Source: Lytechinus pictus
Taxonomy: Eukaryota
Length of the DNA: 64,000 nt
Direction of reading: 5' to 3'
Assembly (NCBI RefSeq): GCF_037042905.1
Contig: NC_087250.1
Location: forward strand, 20,710,001-20,774,000
Numbering within the stretch: the stretch's first letter is position 1; every line of letters starts with the position of its first letter. A program made the position numbers and the translations under genes. Positions 1 to 12,763 of the stretch are shown in pieces. The notes beneath the pieces are model-generated. The model saw only the letters and a program-made list of their open reading frames with translations. It searched no databases and had not been told where the DNA came from.

Positions 1-10
1 TGATGTAAAC

Positions 11-300
11 AATAATAATAATAAAGGTATATTTACCCAGGGTAGCCACTTCAGTTCCGAAAACTGTTCTCCCAGCGGGCCCTGCTATTATTACCCGGCT
101 AAGCTAGGCTACCTGTTGGGTGCACACAGCTTTTTGAGGAATTACTTCCTGCCGGTACCCATTTACCTCACCTGGGTCGAGTGCAGCACACTGTGGATGA
201 ATTCCTTGCTGAAGGAAATTACGCCATGGCTGGGATTTGAACCCACGACCCTCTGTTTCAAAGTCCGGAGACTTATCCACTGGGCCACGACGCTCCACAC
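11..300 (-). mobile_element. tRNA-derived SINE (family 1, CORE-like centre, (TTA)n tail)
   Basis: Minus strand has A box TGGCCCAGTGG, B box GGTTCAAATCC and a 3' (TTA)n tail. TSD GATGTAA(A/G)C at 2-10 and 303-311. The paralogous empty site TGATGTAAACCATATG is at ~35506. Confidence 0.85.
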
Positions 301-302
301 CA

Positions 303-565
303 GATGTAAGCCATATGAAGATACGAAAAAAATAAATTATACATGTCTTTTACTTGATATGCTTACCGATCTTACATAAAAAATATTTAGATCGGGTGCC
401 TGATTTAAAAAAGAATATCTGTGCTTTCGTGTCTTTTTAAAATAAGACCTTTTCTAATGCCAAATAAATAATCTTAGCAATTTTTGCTTTCTAATACCCA
501 ATGACTAAATCTGTAATCATCGCCAAGATATGACGCTAGATGCCGACTCCACGCTCTAACGACTA
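303..565. repeat. Paralogous copy of the 5' flank of Ly6/uPAR gene A
   Basis: Aligns by eye with ~35507-35785, e.g. CATGTCTTTTACTTGATATGCTTAC and CGCTAGATGCC...CACGCTCTAACG. Confidence 0.8.
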
Positions 566-908
566 AGAAAATGCCACACTTGAATTGTTGACAGGTGAAA
601 ATACATACATTGACAACTTAACTTAAATTGTAATGTTGGAGTTTTATCTGCATATATTATGTGTCATTTATAAGAAATGATAAAATAAGGTGGAGGGTAA
701 AACTACTTTACAACGGAGCCCTCCACCTTTATAAATATAAATTTATAACATAAACATGATAATATATGTATAAATACAAATGAAAATTAACTTAAAATCA
801 AACAAAAGTTATTATCTATAAAATAAACATGACAAACAATATACAAATAGCGAATAGGCATGAGTGCGATGGTGCGAGATTTCGCATGATGTGAAAGAAA
901 GATGCTCT

Positions 909-1370
909 ATAAGCCAGTTCGTAGTTCCTTTCTGCGCATGATCAAAAGTTTCTACGCATGATCAGAGGAAGGTCATTTGTACTAAAGTGACATGGTGGTT
1001 TAAAATCTAATGGGATAAGCACCAACTTTGATGTCTTGATTATTCATATATTCTTTTGAATTGTGGTTTTCATTTACATCCACAAAAAACAACAATGCGT
1101 CCACGAACATGACGAACGACTGATATTTCACAGTTTGCCAAGTACATTGTGCAACATGCTATGATATGCATTCAAAGTAGGAATGCAACAAATACCTTCA
1201 TAAAGTGTTCATTGGTGTGCTATTCTAGTCACCTGGTCTATTCAATTTCTTCATCCTGCTATGTAAGGCAAGCTTACGTAATATCTTGCTTTGAAATCTG
1301 CCTATCATAATGAAAGAAATGAAAGGTCATTTGACCAAAATTGTCCATGAGTAACTACGAACTGGTCTAT
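909..1370. mobile_element. Non-autonomous TIR element
   Basis: Ends ATAAGCCAGTTCGTAGTT and AACTACGAACTGGTCTAT are inverted. A near-identical inverted partial copy lies at ~49660-49907 and a decayed copy at ~4635-4805. Confidence 0.6.
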
Positions 1371-2044
1371 TCAACGAGGCGGTAGCCAAGTTGAATAGAG
1401 CGTCTCTTTCCTTCGCCGAATGCGAAATCTCGCACCATCGACCATTGCACGAATAAGAATATTAGCTTTTTGTGTTGTACAACGCCTCGGAATTTAGCGA
1501 AAATATGAAGAAAAAAAACAAGTTTATCCCTGTAGTAATCTATGAAAAGGGAGCAAAAATACTGAAAGCGAAAAGCAAAAACCCACAAGCGCACATGACC
1601 TTGGGCAGCATTGCGCATTTAGCCAGCAGGCTTATACGCGTATTGCACCTTCATTTTTACTGAGCGCAGTGAATTAAATCGTATTGTGACGTCACCTCCC
1701 AAAGCCGTGCAACGGTACATTTTGGATGGTACGTCTTTTGTGCAACGGTACGAATGTTTGACATTCAGCCTCCCATTTGCTCGCGTACAACAAGCTTAGT
1801 AGGCGTTGTACAAAACAAACAAAGGAGGAAGGAACACCAGAAAAAAGCTACGTTATAATAATAAAAAAATTGGGTAACTGGTATCCTCGTTTAAAAGAAT
1901 AAATGTAATCAGTGGATTGAACTGAAAATGAGAGTTTATTGAATAGGGAGCTTGCTTTATACGAAAAGGGTTTTCTTTTGAATTCAGCTTTAGGGAATGG
2001 AATGTCGAGGAGAGAATTTAGTTTATAACGGGTACAACATTTAA

Positions 2045-4023
2045 AGGGGAATCCAACCCAAATAAAAACTTGTTTTTATAAGGAAAAGAAAAATCAGACA
2101 AGTTGATAGGTGAAAGTTTGTACAATATTGGACAAACAACAAGAAAGTTATGAATTTTTTAAAGTTGTTAATATTGGTAATCACTATACCCATGGAGACT
2201 TCGAATTGGCCGCATATGGGATGTCATAGTGATGTAAGGCCAGTGGCGTAACTACGGGGGGCATGGGGGGGACGTGCCCCCCCCCCCCCCATCGGCTGGC
2301 CAAAAAAAAAAAACGAGGAAAAGGAGAAAAAGAGGGAGAAATTAGAAAGAGAAACGTAGTGGGAAAGAAGAAAGTATTGTTCATTATAATACATTATAAT
2401 TATGTTATGTTATGTTACATAAGAAACATAAGAAACGTGATTTGCTCAGGGCCTATGTCTTCATTGTTCCTGGTGCTCGCATTGTCTGTTTTACGAGATA
2501 TATAATCCTGTTGTACTTGAACCTACCGTTTTCAAGTCAATATATACACCAAATATATTTCCTCGGCCTCGCACTTCGAGTTATTATTGTTTAATGTAGT
2601 GACATGTTTTTTTCATGACTACTTAAATTGATCGCCTCATTTTAAGGTATTAGTATAAAACATTTCCTGTCCGTGCTTACGTTCGCATTAGTGGATTGGT
2701 GAGATTTGTCTGCTCTTCATGAATTCCTAAAATCAGTCCTTAAAATATCCCTTTTTCTGATCTGAATATAAAAACTTTTCAGCTCGCGCTTCGCGCTCGC
2801 ATCATTTGGTTAGTGAAATACGTATGGTCTTAGTGCATTCCTACAAACAAGCCTTAGAATGCCCTCCTCACGTCTGAATTTCCTAAATTTTCAGCTCGCG
2901 CTTCGTGCTCGCAATATTTGACTAGTGAGATGCGTATGATAATCATGATTGCAATGACTACAAAAAGTGCTTCATGCGTTTAGATGTAATTCTAACAAAA
3001 TCAGCAAGCGCTTGGCACTCGCATTATACGGCTATGGTGAGATATGTATACTCTTAATGGATTTCTTAAAAAAATAGTCCTTAAAATATCCCTGTTTGGG
3101 GTCAATATATCGCATCATTTGGTTGGTGAAATACGTATGATCTTCGTGAATTCCTACAAACAAGCCTAAAATGCCCCTCTTCAGGTCTGAATTTCCTAAA
3201 TTTTCAGCTCGCGCTTCGCGCGCGCAATATTTGATTAGTGAGATGCGTATGTTAATCATGATTACAATGACTACAATTGCTTCATGTGTTTAGATGTAAT
3301 TCTAACAAAATCAGCAAGCACTTAGCACTCGCATTATAAACTTTGGTGAATATGTATACTCTTAATCGATTCCTAAAATATAGTCCTTTATCCCTGTTTG
3401 GTGTAAATATATATAAAAATTTCAGCTCGCGCTTCGCGCTCGCATTGTTTGTTTAGCGTGACAGCTAGGAACGTATCATGATTACCAAAATTGCTTATAA
3501 TGTCCCTTTTTAGGTCTGAATATAAAAAAATTTCGCTTCGCGCTCGCATTATTTGATCAGTGAGATCAGTGAGATGATTCTATAAGGTCAGTAAACCTGG
3601 CAACAGCGCGCTTCGCGCGCTCACTAAGTGACTAATTTTTTTTGCTGGTGCCCCCCCCAATGCCGCGACCCACGGTACGCCACTGGCAAGGACTACTCTT
3701 CCATGTACTCCAATACATATTATGGTTAAAATGTCATTTTTCCCAAAAGTTTTATTTTAAACTATATTTTTCTTTCATGAGGACATAAAACAATATACTA
3801 CCAAGGTTATATTTAGATTACTGCCCCAGGGGAATGGGTACTTATAATGCCACACTTTTACTTACCCAGTTGCCAATTTGAAATCTACATAGTATTAGTG
3901 ATCTCAATTTTAAAACAGCTATAATTTTCTTATTGCTTCTCCGATTTCTTTCAAACTTTCACCATTCTCTTTTATTTTTCTCGTTCCCAACACAACATTG
4001 TATGGCCAGGGCTGGATTCCCCT
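2045..4023. mobile_element. Kolobok-like MITE (TTAA target) carrying a nested hAT-like element
   Basis: TTAA-AGGGGAATCCA ... TGGATTCCCCT-TTAA. Confidence 0.7.
2241..3685. mobile_element. hAT-like non-autonomous element with repeated CAGCTCGCGCTTCGCGCTCGCA motifs
   Basis: TIR CAGTGGCGTA...TACGCCACTG, with subterminal G/C runs and internal repeats. TSD is degenerate. Confidence 0.65.
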
Positions 4024-6152
4024 TTAAAGGTGCAATGAGTTATTAGCGATTTTAAACAACCTGGGGCTTTTATATTAATCATTTTGAATACTAATAAACT
4101 AGTTAATATTAGTCTTTGTTCAACGGGTTTTAGGGATTGTAAGAAGTGTACACTGTGGTGTAATCTTTATTCAAAGAGGGTGGATAGTTTTGGAGATTCT
4201 CAAAAATGCGTTTGTCATCATTTCACTTCATTTATGCATTATATGATTGCATATCACTTTTTTGTAGATTGGATATAAAATATAGGTTTGTTTTTTAACA
4301 GTTTCCCCATGTAGTGCAACAATAATTGACGTTCCGATAATAAACTATTTTGGTTAAAATACGAATACAATAAGCCTGTTCACGGTTGTAAACTGCGCAC
4401 GTGCAGAAAAAGGTAATCGGAGACAACCATGACGGTGGCTTTCAAATTCACTGACATAGGCATTTGTGATTTGATGATTATTCATGTATTCCTTTCAAAA
4501 TATTTATCACGTCCAAGCTGAAGAGTAATAAATAGAGCCTTCATAATCACTGGTATTTGACAGTAGCCTAAACAATAGTCAAATGTGCCAAAGGCAGACA
4601 ATAAAACAGATTTCCAAACTTTATCCCTGATGTACTATTCTAGTCACCTGGTCTATACAATGCCTTTTGTTCTTAGAATTTGAATACTCTACCGGTAAAG
4701 CTTACGCAACATCTACATTTGAAAATTATAGTGCTTATCCTAATGAAAAATCACAAAGGTCATTGGAGAAAAGTTGATCATGAGCTAACCGTGAACTGGC
4801 TTATTGTTTGTGTACTGCTTTCTCAAGGATTTTTGACACAGAGGGCAGTACTGAAAAAGTGCCACCCTTGTGAATTGACGTGATTTAGGGGACCTTGAAA
4901 TCAGATGTAATTTGTGAAGTTTTCAATGACAAGTTAAACAATTTAGCGAGTGGTTCCACAATGATATCCGCAGGTAATTTAAGGCCGTGTTTATGCTTCC
5001 ACTTTTCAGGCCAGAATCAGCGTTTCCATACGTGATTAGTCCAAAACACGGTTGCGTCCATGCTTAGTTTCATTTAAACGACGTTTCAAAATGCCAATCG
5101 TAAACTCACAAAAAGGTGCGTTTGTAAACGTCGTTTGACCAGAATCAGGCTTTCTGGGGAAGTATAAACAGAACCACGATCGTAAACGTGTTTAAATGAC
5201 GTCACTTAATACATGCTTCCAGTGAGATGAAAGTCCGCGGGCAAATACAGTTGCATTGCTCCATGGTCGCATGGTACCTTCACGGAATTACCTCTCATCT
5301 CCCTTGTTACATTTACATGTGTGATAATTGATTTAAGTACTATCACTAGTAATACTCTTCCAATTTGTCATCACGATGAATGTTGAGGGATTTACAAAAA
5401 AAACTGGAACATGAGTTATAATGAGGAGACATCACCAGATGCCCCAGTAGCATAAACAAATATATGTTTTATTATTTCATTATGTATACTTTAATATTCT
5501 TTATTTTTTCTCACTATTATCCTCACCATGGTGGAAATTATATGGCTATGTCAAGTAGCTCCATGCAATGACTAATTTTATCGGAAATTGTTTGATGTTT
5601 AAATTACAGTCGACGTACCTTCCCCATAACAACACTCGGAAAAAAAACTTTCGAAAAAGGGCGCGCCCAATTTGACCTCGCTTTCCTGCTCAACGAAAAT
5701 TACGATGCTAAAGCCCCTTTCACAATTGTTGCCAAACAGACTACAACGGCTTGCGACTCGAAAATTTTCCCGTTGTACGACTCGTTGTAGCCGTTGTACC
5801 ACTTATTGTACGATCCAGATGCGACAAAATGGTCGCATCTCGGTCGGGAAAAAAAACCGTGCTGCTCCGATATTTTGAGCGACTGACGCGATGAAAAATA
5901 ATTGCACGACAGGCAGTACGAGTGTTGTGCGACTTTGCACGCACTCGTAAGACCCCGAACGAGTGTTGCACGAGTATTTTCATGTCGTACGATGATGCAT
6001 CCTGTCGTACGAGTCCGTTGTACCACCCTAAGACTATTGGAAGACCTGTCTTGCCCCCTTTGCAACGTTGTACGATTTTTTTTCACCCCCAATATAAGAT
6101 CGAGAACTCCTGAGCTTTCATCCCAAATGTCTGGACCATCCATACTGTAAAC

Positions 6153-7454
6153 ATGGCTGCTGCTCGACCAATAGCTCCTGGGAGGCTCTTGCATTTGCTA
6201 AGTCTGAGAAGGCAAATCCAAAACGTTCAAGACAGACATGTCATATTGATGGCCTTACTCATCCGTAGACGTCAAAGACATGCAAGGCAAAGAAGAAGGT
6301 GGTGGGTCAAACCCTGGCTTGAGAGACGTGTGCTGTTTGGACAGTATGATAATCTGATGACGGAGTTGCAGAGAGAATGTCAGGGTGACTTCCTGAACTA
6401 CATGAGGATGCCACCAGAAACGTTCCTTGAACTGTTGCAGCGCATCACTCCGAGGATAGAGAAGTCCTATCGCTACCGGTAGCCACTGGATCCTGGGCTC
6501 AAACTGGCCATCACCTTGAGATATCTTGCGACCGGCAACAGCTACAAAACCCTGCAGTATGCCTTCCGTGTTGCCCATAATACCATCTCTCTGTTTATAC
6601 CAGAGGTGTGCCAGGCCATCATCAGTGAATACCAAGATGAAGTATTTTCCTGTCCAACTACTCCAGATGAATGGAGAGAAGTGGCACGGACTTACGCTGA
6701 CAGATGGAACTTTCATCATGTCTGCGGAGCCTTGGACGGAAAACACGTGGCCATCAGAAATCCACCAGGCTCTGGTACGATCTACTACAACTACAAGGGT
6801 TTCTACAGCCTCATCCTCTTGGCCCTAGTTGATGGCAATTACAAGTTCCTCTGGGCTGACGTTGGTAATCCCGGTTCTTCATCGGATGCCCAGGTCTTCA
6901 ACCACAGCCCGCTGAGACGTGGACTGGATAATGGTACTCTTGGCCTGCCAGATCCAGAGCCCCTGCCAGATGATGACCGAGACACCCCTTACTTCTTAAT
7001 TGGGGACGACGCCTACCCTCTCAAGACATTGATGCAAAAGCCGTACTCCAACCGTGAGCAGACCGACGAGGAGAGAATCTTCAACTACCGTCTCTCGAGG
7101 GCTCGCCGTGTGGTGGAGAACAGCTTTGGCATCCTTGCCCATCGCTGGAGATGCTTGTTGAGTACCCTACAGCTTGATCCAGAAAAAGCCAGGACAGTCA
7201 TTATGGCCTGCATGTGCCTCCACAACCTAATGAGAGATCGTTTTCCTGGGCTTCAGAACATTGACGTTGACCATGAAGATGAGTTGGGCAACCACATCCC
7301 TGGGGCATGGAGAAACGCAGCAGTTCTGCAGGATGTTGAACGAGTTGGCGGAGGCTACCAGGCAAACAAAGAGGGCAAGAAGCTGAGAACTTACCTGAAG
7401 CACTACTACAACAGTCCAGTTGGAAGCCTGCCCTGGCAACAACACATGATATAG
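6153..7454 (+). pseudogene. Harbinger DDE transposase (HARBI1-like, 433 codons) with one in-frame TAG at 6480-6482
   Basis: ORFs 6153-6482 and 6516-7454 share a frame, and the join reads YR*PLDPGLKLAITLRYLATG. Motifs RRWWVKPW, FLNYMRMPPETF, GALDGKH, IGDDAYP and RRVVENSFG supply the D-D-E triad. Confidence 0.92.
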
Positions 7455-7532
7455 ACTGCCACTTGGCGCACTACTTGGGATACAGCACAGACTCTGCCAT
7501 AAAAATGGCATGTAAACTTCGATCATGATTTT

Positions 7533-8473
7533 GTGGAATGAATCATTTCAAAGTAGAAATGAATGACCATGTCAACAGTTATTTTAAACATACATTACTT
7601 TTACATCGAAAGGTAGTTTGAAATTTAAAAAGTTAACTCTCCTTAATAACATGTGTTTGAAATAAAATAATGAAGGAGAACATGTTTGAAAAAATGTGAT
7701 TTATGAAAATAAAAAAGATGTACAGATATAACATATTTTCTTTTGTCATTAATCATGTTGTTTTAAACATGATATATATTTTTCAAAGACATTTTATTAA
7801 CGATAATTAATTTTATTGACCATGTTAATGTTTAAAATAAAGTTTGAAATAAATGTTCCAAAATGGGTCAGTTGTAAATTAAATTGAGAGAGTTCATCAA
7901 GTAACAATAACAATCCAAACAAAAGTTCACTGTCCATTTTCTTTATTTGACAAGTCTGACAAGTTCAAATGGATGATGATTGATGTGACGGCGCTGTTGC
8001 TGTCTCCTTGATTTAGTGGAATGAATCATTTCAAAGAAGAAATGAATGATCATGTCAACATTTATTTTAAACAAAAATTTCTTTGACAATGAAATGTTTG
8101 AAATAATAAACGTTGATTCTCCTTTAATAGCATGCATTTAAAAAAAAAAAAACATTTTTGAAAAAACGTGATTTATGAGAATAAAAAAGATGTACAGATA
8201 TAACAAATTTTATATTGTCATTAATCATGTTGTTTTAAAAATTATATATTTTTTCCAAGACATTTTGTTAACGAAAATGAATTCTATTCACCGAGTAAAT
8301 ATTTAAAAAAGTTTGAAATAAATGTTCCAAAATAGTCAAATTATAATTTGAGTTGAGAGAGTTCGTCAAGTAACAATAAAAACAATCCTAACAAAAGTTC
8401 ACTGTTCATCTTCTTCATTTGACAAGTTCAACTGGGTGATGATTGATGTGTTGGCGCTGTTGCTGCCTCCTTG
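7533..8473. repeat. Diverged ~480-bp tandem duplication inside the Harbinger element
   Basis: GTGGAATGAATCATTTCAAAG starts at 7533 and at 8016. Both copies end in GGCGCTGTTGCTG(T/C)CTCCTTG. Confidence 0.85.
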
Positions 8474-9069
8474 CTGCTGCTGCTGAAAGGGGGCCTGCTG
8501 TTTTTGCTGGAAGTGGGGGTGCTGCTGCTGGAAGGGGGCACGCTACTGCTGGAAGGGGGCCTGCTGCTGGAAGGGGGCCTGTAAATTGGGCTGCTTAAAT
8601 CCTCCCTGAGGGTTCTGAGGGGTCCAGGTGCTGCTTGGCCCGAGCATCCCAAGGAAGGAAGCAGGTGGAGCGTCCTGGGTGAAGCCGATCGGCGCTGACT
8701 GAGGCCTGAGTGGCTGGATCATCTGGGGAGTGCTGGGGTGAGATACTGGGGTGGTGGAAAGGTGGTCCGCCCGATCCTGGTAGCGGCTCACCAAGTTGAA
8801 AGTGTCCCTGGTGAACTCTCGCCAGAGGGGTCTTGGGAGTGGGCGGACGGCCTGCAGCATCCATTCTAGCCAGGCCTGCCTCTCGCCAGCGCCTTGGGTG
8901 AGTGCCGCATCCACCTGGCTCCGGATGGCCGTCTGCTCGGTGGATGTTCACCCTCATCACCAGCTATGACAGAAGCAGTAGCTTTCTCCTCGGCCACGGG
9001 TATAGGCTGGGGCCCTTCCTCCTCATCAGGCTGATTTTTCCTCTTTTTCCTTGACTTCTTTGGGGCCAT
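8399..9069 (-). pseudogene. Harbinger second ORF (accessory/DNA-binding protein), internally deleted or frameshifted
   Basis: Basic NLS-like start MAPKKSRKKRK, then a frame break near 8945, then a helical segment ERQAWLEWMLQAVRPLPRPLWREFTRDTFNLV and a Q-rich tail. TAG at 8543-8545 interrupts a frame that stays open to TGA at 8399. No Myb/MADF domain is visible. Confidence 0.65.
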
Positions 9070-9857
9070 GCCGATGCTTGTATTTTGGTTGTGTCTTGTT
9101 CACTGTAGCAGCGTCTCGTCAGGCATCAGCGGTTGTAATGAAGAAAGTCGCATCGCGTGTCGTATTTATAGGCCAACACCTCGCGCGACAGGTGATGCGG
9201 TGTGTCGCACAATGGGTCGTAGCCTTGTACGATCGGTTGTAGTAGTCGTACAACGGGTCGCTAGGTCGCGCGACATATGGCGCTACAAAACGCATATGTC
9301 GTGCGACTTGGTCGCATCATCGTTCAACCGTTGCAGCCGTTGTACGACTGTTGCACCCGGAAACATGAAAATAATCGCACGATTACGTCTCACGACTGTT
9401 GTATCCTGGTGCAGTGGTCGTTCACCTCTCGTACGATTTTATATATTGCTTGCGACTCAAAGACAACACTTCTACAACAGGACGGAAAAAATATTTTCGA
9501 AAAAAAAAATTATCGCACGAGTGAGGCGCCAATTGTGAAAGGGGCTTAAGCCAGCTGGAGTTCGTGATTTCGCCTCTGAAAAGTTAAGTATAAACAGCAC
9601 TCCCAGAACCACGTTTACGATCGGCGTTTTGAAACGACGTTTGAAAACGCTGATTCTGTCCTCGCAATGGAAGCATAAACACACCCTAGTAAGTTAGGAT
9701 GTAGCCCGTTCATTCCTACAGCCTTTTTACAATCACCTCGATAGGTAGGTATTAACCAAGCTTTGTCAAAGTTCGCTCCTCTTTGATATGTGTAATGTTT
9801 TTTTTTTTCTCTTACACCCTCTCGAAGTCACATTACACCCTTCTGTAATGTAATGTC

Positions 9858-9963
9858 AATTGGCGGCGGAGCAGAGGATTATCTTTTGTGTTTGGGGGGG
9901 GGGGGATGCGTATTGTTGCGTCCCCCCAAACACAAAAGATAATCTTTTGCTCCGCCGCCAATG
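9858..9963. mobile_element. 106-bp hairpin hAT-like MITE
   Basis: Almost fully self-complementary (TTGGCGGCGGAGCA...TGCTCCGCCGCCAA), with 8-bp TSD GTAATGTC. Confidence 0.8.
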
Positions 9964-10374
9964 GTAATGTCCGTTATGTTCAAACAGAATAATAATATCT
10001 ATCCCTACATCTCTCTCTCTCCTTCCCCTTTCCCCTACTTTACTTCCCTCTCCCTCTCAGCCAATCAGATAGCATCCTGATGATTTGTTTTTCTTCTTCT
10101 CCGCCCCTCTTTCTTTCAAATGTTATATTGTACTCTGCTTAGGCCATACCCATATCACAAAAAACTGCCATTTACCCACTGAGCAGCGGACTTGGTTTAA
10201 TTGCCAATTTATATGTTATTTACTTTGTAAAGTGTTGACTCGATTGATCATTGTATTACATTTTTATTTTTTATTTGCTACCTTTCATTAATAAAGAAAT
10301 GATATCATCATGATTGATGAAGTGGTACTTTGTATGTTTTCCTAGTATGGTGCCTGGTCAACCCGGAATCGGAT

Positions 10375-12763
10375 GGTCTAATATCACTTGGTCTAATCAT
10401 CAGATGGGCTAACAACATTCGGGCTAAACCCACTTAGTCCAATTCTCTTTTGGTCTAATGACCACTTGGTCTAATAGCCAATTAGTCTAATGACCACTTG
10501 GTCTAATAGCCAATTGGTCTAATGACCACTTGGTCTAATAGCCAATTAGTCTAATGACCACTTGGTCTAATAGCCAATTGGTCTAATGACCACTTGGTCT
10601 AATAGCCAATTGGTCTAATGACCACTTGGTCTAATAGCCACCTGGTCTAATGCCCGGTTGGGCTAATCGTCACTTGGTCTAATTTCCATTTGGTCTAATT
10701 GCCATTTCGTCTAATGTATTTTATTGTTACTTGGTCTAATTGCATTTGGTCTAATACCAGTTCGTCTAATAGTCGGTTGGTCTAATACTAGTCGGTCTTA
10801 TACCAGTTGGTCTAATCCTCACTTGGTCCATTATTTAGTTGGTCTAATGTGCAGTTGGTCTGATTTCCATTTCGGCTAATTTTATTAGGTCTAATTTCCA
10901 CTTCGTCTAATTTCCAGATAGTCTAACATTCATTTCGTCTACATGACACTTGGTCTAATTTGTAAAGTTTGCATGGTGACTTGTTTTCAATTTTCTGGTG
11001 AAATTTTTAAAGTAACTTTCCGCGCGCCGGCTTCGAATCTTCACACGCCGCCCCTCGATTTTGGAGTACAGTTAAAGTGACTAAATTTCCATTCCCAAAT
11101 TTGGAAAAATATGGAAATTTTCAAAGCCTGTGGAGATGAAAAAAAAACGTTTGGAGATTAAACAAACTTTGGGATTTTTGAAGGTTAAGATTTGGGGAAA
11201 AACAATAGATTTTGCTAGAATAACGCTGTTATACAATCATTGAGGTGAAAAAATATGATGTTTATTTATCCACCTCTATGTATATATGATCTACTGTAGA
11301 TAGTTAACGGCTGGCTTAACCCAATCAGGGTTCCCAGCTTTTCAAGAAAAACAAAAATCCCTGATTTTTGTCTGAAGAAGTTTAAAAATTCCATGACAAT
11401 TATTTAAACCCATTCCCAGTTTCTCATGCCTCTAAATTGTTGCAGTGAATTACATGTATTATTATTTTTTCTAATTTTACGTGTAGGCCTATTATTGTTT
11501 TTAATTGTATATACCAGTAGGCCTACTTGTACGGTAGTAAAAGAGGCTGCACTAAAAAAACAACATAACATGTCTTTCAATGAATGTTGTTTTCATATAC
11601 AACAAAATATAACAGAGTCTGACTGACTATCGTGCATTCGACTTTTGGGCATATCAAAATTCCCTGATTTTACCCTGACTGGAAAAACGTAAAAAATCCC
11701 AGATTTCCTTGATGGGCTGGGAACCATGCCAATCCATTTTAAGGAGGAGGCGAAGATGTAGATAAAAAAACAGAATGAGGAGATGTATACGATGAATGAC
11801 TACCGTGGTTATAACTGATAAAGGTCCGCAAACGTAGACTATACTATGTTATTAAAAAGTCAATATCGCTGCTATACCAATATGGTCGCCGTGATGTTGT
11901 CGCAGCTAACCCGATAAACCTGTATAGTGTCATCAAACTATAGACAGGTGGTCTGTTATTTGCCTCCAAACTAACTATTGGAATAACTTAACAAAATATT
12001 CATAACAAAATTACATGATCTAATGGCTTTGTAACTTTTGGAATCCCCCAAACTGCATAACTATCGCTTATTTTCCATCAAGTTCAAGTATCGTCCGTGC
12101 ATGCGGTGATGTAATGATTATGAATATGATATAATTTTCATCATCATCTATATCGATATGTAGGCTATAAGAATTATATTTGATTAGAATAATTCACTTG
12201 ATGATCTACTATCTCGTCATCGATAGTCTTTCATGGTGCAGGTTTTGCGCCCACCAGCCCTACCCCGGCTCTACCCTTCCGGATCCTGGCGACATGTATT
12301 AACTGATGCATGGTATTTTTCCACTACGTACCATATTTTTTAATTCTAGATCAAATGCATAATAATGAATGATGTTATGTTCGAATTAATGGACATTAGC
12401 CCAACTGTGTATTAGACCAAGTGGCGATTAGACCAAGTGGTCATTAGACCAATTGGATATTAGACCAAGTGGAAATGAGACCAAACGGTCATTAGACCAT
12501 GTGACATTTAGACGAAATGAATATTAGACCAAGTGGAAATTAGCCAAATTAGAAATCAGACCAAGTGGTGTTAGACCAACTGTAAATTAGATTAAATGGT
12601 TTTAGCCCAACTGCTCATTAGACGAATTGGATATTAGACCAAGTGGGAATTAGACGAATTGGATATTAGACGAACTGGTTGTAGACGAAATGAGTTTAGA
12701 CTATGTGAAGTTGGACGAACTGATAAGTAGACCAAGTGGTATAAGACCATCCGGTAATTCACC
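10375..12763. mobile_element. Non-autonomous DNA transposon with inverted arrays of ~16-bp GGTCTAAT repeats
   Basis: GGTCTAAT array at ~10375-10960 and inverted ATTAGACC array at ~12395-12750. 8-bp direct repeat AATCGGAT at 10367-10374 and 12764-12771. A second, partial copy is at 38713-39530. Confidence 0.8.

Larger units (their letters stand above)
5712..9546. mobile_element. PIF/Harbinger DNA transposon, 3835 bp
   Basis: Perfect 17-bp TIR AGCCCCTTTCACAATTG (5712-5728 and 9530-9546), TAA TSD (5709-5711 and 9547-9549), and two convergent ORFs. Confidence 0.95.
4983..9686. mobile_element. Older Harbinger-type MITE (~870 bp) split by the Harbinger insertion
   Basis: Ends GGCCGTGTTTATGCTTCCA and TGGAAGCATAAACACACCC, flanked by TAA and TAG. 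Shared inverted subterminal motifs AGAATCAGCGTTT and AAACGACGTTTCAAAA. Confidence 0.7.

Noticed and set aside
228..300. tRNA genes at SINE heads (also 50140-50213 and 52175-52247)
   Set aside because: They continue into SINE bodies and tails, two of the three have TSDs, and none has an immediate terminator.
5599..6194. Overlapping short ORFs at the Harbinger left end (also 9051-9684 at the right end)
   Set aside because: They fall in CG-rich subterminal motif arrays (TCGTAC/GTTGTACGA) and show no recognisable protein features.
6153..7454. Domesticated host gene HARBI1
   Set aside because: It is flanked by perfect TIRs and a TSD, paired with a second ORF and carries a nonsense codon, so it is a transposon copy.
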